Below are positions 58,462 to 64,000 of a stretch of DNA of 64,000 nucleotides, piece after piece. Each line of letters starts with the position of its first letter. The stretch's first letter is position 1. The stretch is from Eledone cirrhosa. Taxonomy: Eukaryota. The stretch is taken from positions 123,938,001-124,002,000 of the forward strand of contig OZ024741.1 of NCBI GenBank assembly GCA_964016885.1, in the 5' to 3' direction. A program made the translations under genes and the position numbers. The notes under the pieces were generated by a model that ran no database searches, had not been told where the DNA came from, and saw nothing but the letters and a program-made list of their open reading frames with translations.

Positions 58462-59832
58462 TACAGGTACATAGGTGCGTGCATACACACATATGTATAC
58501 AAACACATGCATTTCAGAAGCTTGTATAATTCGTACATAATCGTGTATATTAAGAAAATGTGTTATCGTTTTCTATATGTATGCATGTATGTATGTATGT
58601 ATGTATGAATGTATGTAATTATGTATGTATGTGTGTGTGTATGTATGTAATTATGTATGTATCTATGTATGCATTTATCTATGTATGTATATATGCTTGT
58701 ATCTATGAATGTATGTATATAGGCATGTATCTACGTATGTATATTTGCTTGTATCTATGTATGTATATATCCATGTATCTATGTATGTATATATGAATGT
58801 GTCTATGTATGTATGTACTTTTGTTTTTATAATTTTATAACTTATTACCAATAAAGAGAAAGAGTTGGAATTTAAACAACATCAACTATGTAGATGTGTA
58901 TGCATGCGCGTGTGTGCAGGTATGGTTGTGTATGTTTTGAGCTATATATGTGCATGTCTACATGTGTAGATACAGTTATTATATGCAACATTTTTGGAAT
59001 ATTTTACATATTTTTCCTGTTCCATTAATGGATTGATCTTGTAATTATCTAACAAGTCGTGTTCTTTCTGTTTTATATGTGGGTGGGTGTGTATGTATGT
59101 ACATGCTTGTAACTCTTTACAATCGACACCCAAAATTATTTAAAATCGATACACACAAGACATATTGCTATTAAAAGAAGTGTGTTTCCAATCAAATGAC
59201 ACTGGTTTTCAATCCTATATGTGTTCCTGCAAATATTGGGTCAAGTATGAAATTTGTAGAAATTTGTTTTTCTTCTACAAGTCTCTACAAATTTCATCCT
59301 TCACGAGCTTATTTCTCGAAAGTTACTCACACATTTAATCTTGTCCAAATATGTTGAACATTTATGTAATTATATCTTAGAAATAAATTATTAAAATGTC
59401 GTTCTTATATTTAATTACGTCCATTTAGTAATCAATATACAATATGAGGATTCTCTAATGCAAAGTATTAAGTTTTCAAAACAAATTTCCCAGTTTGTTT
59501 AAATGTTCATATACCTTATAATTCTGGCATACTATTTCAAAACTAAAAAAATGTTAGTGATTAACATAAACTATAGTGTTTCTCTTATGCAAATTTCCAA
59601 ACTTGTATGAATGTTCATCTATACGATAATGCTTGGACATATTTCAGTAACCATCATAAACTATACATTTTCTCTTATGCAAATTATTAATTTGAAAACA
59701 CACATATGTGTGTGTCTGTGATGTGCTTGTGTTTATGCGTACATGCCAACAAACATGTATGCACGTATGCATATATGTATATATATATATAATATATTAA
59801 TAAATGGAAAGTATATTTATAAAACCATGTTT

Positions 59833-59896
59833 ATTTTATTATATATATTTCAAGGGCAACCAATGCAAATTATGGTGTGCTTTCATCAGATAAAAT
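59833..59896 (-). ncRNA. Type I hammerhead ribozyme
   Basis: attttat CTGATGA aag..ctt GAAA tatata TA ataaaat; intact core, AUA triplet. Confidence 0.83.
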
Positions 59897-60002
59897 ACAG
59901 ATTTGTTTTATTAATAAATATTGACATACCCGGAAAAAGGTTGGAGCTTCCTGGATAGTGATTTTTAAGCTTGTTGAATCCCAACAAATTAAATATAACC
60001 TC

Positions 60003-60051
<49 letters not shown>

Positions 60052-62404
60052 ACTCTAAATTATCACACACACACATATACAATCACACAAACATATGCAT
60101 ACATCCAGAAGGACAGACACACACACAATATCTATATGCAATTCGGAAAATAGAAACCAAAAGTTAGCTACCTGAATACGAAAATGTCAACACCCACGCA
60201 TATGCAGAATAGAAATAATTGAATGCACAATACAGCAGCGGCTTAATGCAATAGCTTTACCAATGCATGCACATAACATAACATATGCACAAGTACATTA
60301 TTGATGGTGATGGTGGTCGTTGTCGACGTAGTAATGGCGGTAGTGCAGATTATGGTGGTATTGGTGTTAGAAATAGTGGTGGTTGTGTAGAGGTGAGGAT
60401 GGTGGTCGTAGTAGTGCTGGCAATATTCGTGGTGGTGGTGGTGGGGGGGGGGGGTTATGTCGGTCGTGATGGAGGTTAGGGGTGGCTGTTCGTGAAGATG
60501 GTGTCAGTGGTGATGAAGGTGGTTGTGGTAGTGCTGGTGGTGGAGTTGCTAATGGTTGGGTGTGGGGCTAAAGATGTGTTGGTGTCAGAGCTAGAGTTGT
60601 TGGTAGTGATTATGACGTATAATTTATAGGAAGATATATTGCTTTTATTTGTAGTAGTGGTCTATATTTTCTAGGTAGATTTGTTGGTGTTGTTGGCAAC
60701 TCTGCTGTTGCTGGTGATGTTGGTGTTAGTGTTGTTATTGGTGATTGTGTTGACGTTATTACTATCGTTAGTGGTGATATGTAGCTAATCCTGAGTCCAC
60801 ATTCTCAAAGCTTTTTTAATTGGTTTTACAGTGACCCACCACAGGATTACATTTTGTATAGTGGCTCCAAATGCCTGAATTGTCGCTTTCACCTACCCAT
60901 TTCTGAAGATGTTTTCTCAATCTCGCCACCAATTTTATTTATTTGAAAAAACCTATTCTAAGCATTGCAGTTTAATCAATACAATACAATAAAAGCATAA
61001 ACAATAATGCTTACGTTGAATTTTGTTACTTGTGAGAAAAGTTTTAGAGAAATTCCAAACTATGTCTACAAAGAGATCCTTGGACCTCGATTTTATTGTC
61101 TGTATATCAGTTGCTAGACGATGACACCTAAGCCATTTATGTCCAAAGTCATCTGGTTTCTACGTTGCAATTGGAGGACTGTGAAGTTTTAATACCCATG
61201 AGATTGCTCACATAGTGGATTAGCAATCTAGATCTCATTTCCGTCGTAAGTTTCATGCTGCCAAAGCCTGGTTCAGATTCAGTAGATCTGCATAGGATTA
61301 CTTTTGAACATCCGATTAAAGGTTTCAGAGCTGACGAAATGAATCGCTCGCCGTTGTCTAGCAAGTCTATGCATAGTTTTGAAAATGGCAGTCTAATGCC
61401 AAAGGGACACTTGTTTTTATTTATTTACTTTTTGAAAATCCTGAATTTATCTCAGCCGGTTACTTATCGATTTCTAAGGTACTTAAATCAAAAGTTATAT
61501 CTGATATAGAGTTAGATGTATCTAGTCATGATTCTGTTGATTTACCAAAGCCTGGTGTGAATACATGTTGTTTCATATTGTTGATGTTTAAAATCTAACA
61601 ACAAATGATTGAAACAATGTTGATGCTGTCAACGTCACTGATGCAAACACTTTTCTAATGACAATTTTTGCTTCTAATCTTTTTTGCCCTTGAGTTCCTA
61701 CATTGCTTTTAAAACTCTTATGCTGTGGCGAATTCATCCGTCGATATTCCTGATTCACTTGTCGATATAAACTATAGCAAAATAATCTATCTTCAAGCAC
61801 GCAGAATGGAGGAATTATTCAAAGAATTCATTGAACGTAAGTGTCAGATGATGGAAAAGTTGTGAGAATATACGTTTCTCTAGACGCCTAAAGGCCTACT
61901 AGACAGCTTTTAATCGACTTTTATTAGAGCAATCGGTTACAAGCTCAGAATGACAACACGGTGCTGTATAGCCATTCAAAAATGCTGAAACAGTTCTGAA
62001 GGACATTAAAACCTATTTCATTTCTAAAAAATTTCCATTTTTGTTTTTCATTCTTTCATCAAGCTTCCCTGCACACTATTGAATGTGGTCATTGTAAAAA
62101 AGTCGAGCGAAAGAAAAATGGTAACAAAGAAAATGACAGATATGGGAAAGACAATGAGTGGAAGAAATATCAAACAAATCTTTCCATTTGTTGTCACAGG
62201 ATATAATATCTTTTGATAAGCATGGAACGTCTTTGAAATCAAAATGTTTTTCGTGTGTATATATGTGTGAGTGTGTGTACACGTATATGTCAGAGAGTGT
62301 GTGTGTGTGTAATGAAAATAACATTCTACATGGTAATATAACTTTTTTAAATGTTCTCACAGAAAATTATGATGTAAGGTTTTTTTTACAATATGTAATG
62401 CAAT

Positions 62405-63985
62405 AATGGTTCCTGATTTAGACACGAGGCCAAACATTTGTGAGTTGGGGAAAATTGATTAAATCGACTCCAGTGCGTTATTGGTACTGTATTTTATCGA
62501 CCTCGTAAGGATGAAAGGCAAAGTTAACCTCAGCGCAATTTGTGTAAAAGGACATAGCTTTATGATGCGAAGCATGATGTTCGACGCTCTAACGATACTG
62601 TCAATCCCCGACCTTAATTTTTTTCAATAGTGCCACAAAATTAGAAATCATTGAAGTGTATATGTTATAACTGCTTCATGCAATTGAAATAGATAATGGA
62701 TATTTTTCATATTAGATTTCCATCCATGGATCTTTAAATTTTGATAGAATTGAACCGGCTTGGTCATAACATAAGCATGGGCATTTAATCATGTAAGAGC
62801 CAATCCCTCTCCAAGTCTAAACATGAATGATTTTTTCGAAAGAAAGAGAGTAGCAGAGCCAGAAAAAGAAAAGGATAACAATATATTATGGAAGAATAAA
62901 CGTCAGTACTAAACTAGCTCTTTACTTATGACCCTGTAAAGAATAAATGCAAAGTTGACCTCCGAAGTACTCAGATTCGGAGTTCAGAAAGTTAAAATTA
63001 ATGCCATGTAATGTTCTATCCGACGTTCTAACAACTCTACAACTTCGTTGTCATATTTTTAGAACTAGAAATTACATATTTCCTTGTATTACACATTTTG
63101 AAATCTGGATTTATTTGAAATAGAGAAAGAATGCCTTTCCATCTCCTATAAAAGGTAAGGGCACGTCGTTCCCTCAGAACTATATTATTGGCTATATATA
63201 TATATATGATAAGTAAATATGTTTTGAAACTGAGCAGTTTTGAAATTAGAAAATAGAATAGCTTTCACCGTATTTTTTTACTAAAGAAATTTTAGTCTGA
63301 TAATGGGGTTTAGAACCCTCAGATAAATGGAAAAAGATGAGTATTGACGTACATATATAAGGGTTTGAAGTTTAATAATACGGACTTAATTAGATTATTG
63401 AGTGAGTGGGGAAACCAACGAAGCTGTGTCCATTCTATTCGATAAAATTCGTTTCTTAATTGTTTATACATATATATACACACGTATGCGTATATATATA
63501 TATATATATATATACGCACACGTACGTGTATGTGTGGTTAATTAATATTTGCATTTAACATGAGCTCCAGGTAAGAAGTAGAAAAAATGGGAGAGTGAAA
63601 GGTGATTCATCTACTCTCAGTAATTTATTGATATAATATATTTAATCGACAACAGAAAGATGAACGTCAAAGTGAAAACTAGCGGAATTTGAACTCAGAA
63701 TGTAAAGAGCCGGTATAAATAGTACAAAATATTTTGTTCGACGTTCTACCGATTTTGCCAATCAACTGTCTTTATAATTAATTATTTCTAACATTGGCAC
63801 AAGGACAGCAATTTAGAGGAAGGAGAAATTCGATTAAATCGTGTCATGTGCGTTATTGGTACTTTAATTTAACGATCCTGAAAAGATGAAAGGCTACATT
63901 GACCTCTGTGGGATTTGAACTCGGAACTTAAAGATTGGAACCAAATGCAACTAAACATTCGTGCGTCGCTCTAACGATGCTGCCA
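62405..63985 (-). mobile_element. Cluster of older Meta-domain SINE copies
   Basis: Diverged copies at about 62405-62610, 62920-63040, 63640-63765 and 63780-63985. Confidence 0.75.
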
Positions 63986-64000
63986 TTATAAATAGTTCTT

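Noticed and set aside
60780-62240. Non-repetitive region with short ORFs and GTAAG donors
   Set aside because: No recognisable motif or consistent exon chain; cannot be supported without homology data.

Overview
Very AT-rich, repeat-saturated eukaryotic DNA. The repeat families suggest an octopus/cephalopod genome (inference). No intact host protein-coding gene is supportable, and most listed ORFs are translations of (TA)n, (CA)n or (CAC/CAT)n microsatellites. Recognisable content: four truncated Penelope-like elements (PLEs, Naiad-type GIY-YIG), a decayed mariner plus a MITE, RTE, Dong/R4 and L1/Tx1 LINE fragments, about 20 tRNA-derived Meta-domain SINE copies, a non-autonomous Helitron, and piggyBac-type and hAT MITEs. 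The most striking signal is more than a dozen short inserts between (TA)n tracts built as fold-backs (a tail-bearing copy plus an inverted tail-less copy), many carrying type I hammerhead ribozymes (HHRs). Some apexes show a fold at the predicted ribozyme cut site or stuttered re-priming. A 3.5-kb TA-flanked cassette with the same terminal inversion carries an intron-containing SGNH-hydrolase relic and a BACK-like ORF. All calls are by eye and coordinates may be off by a few bases.
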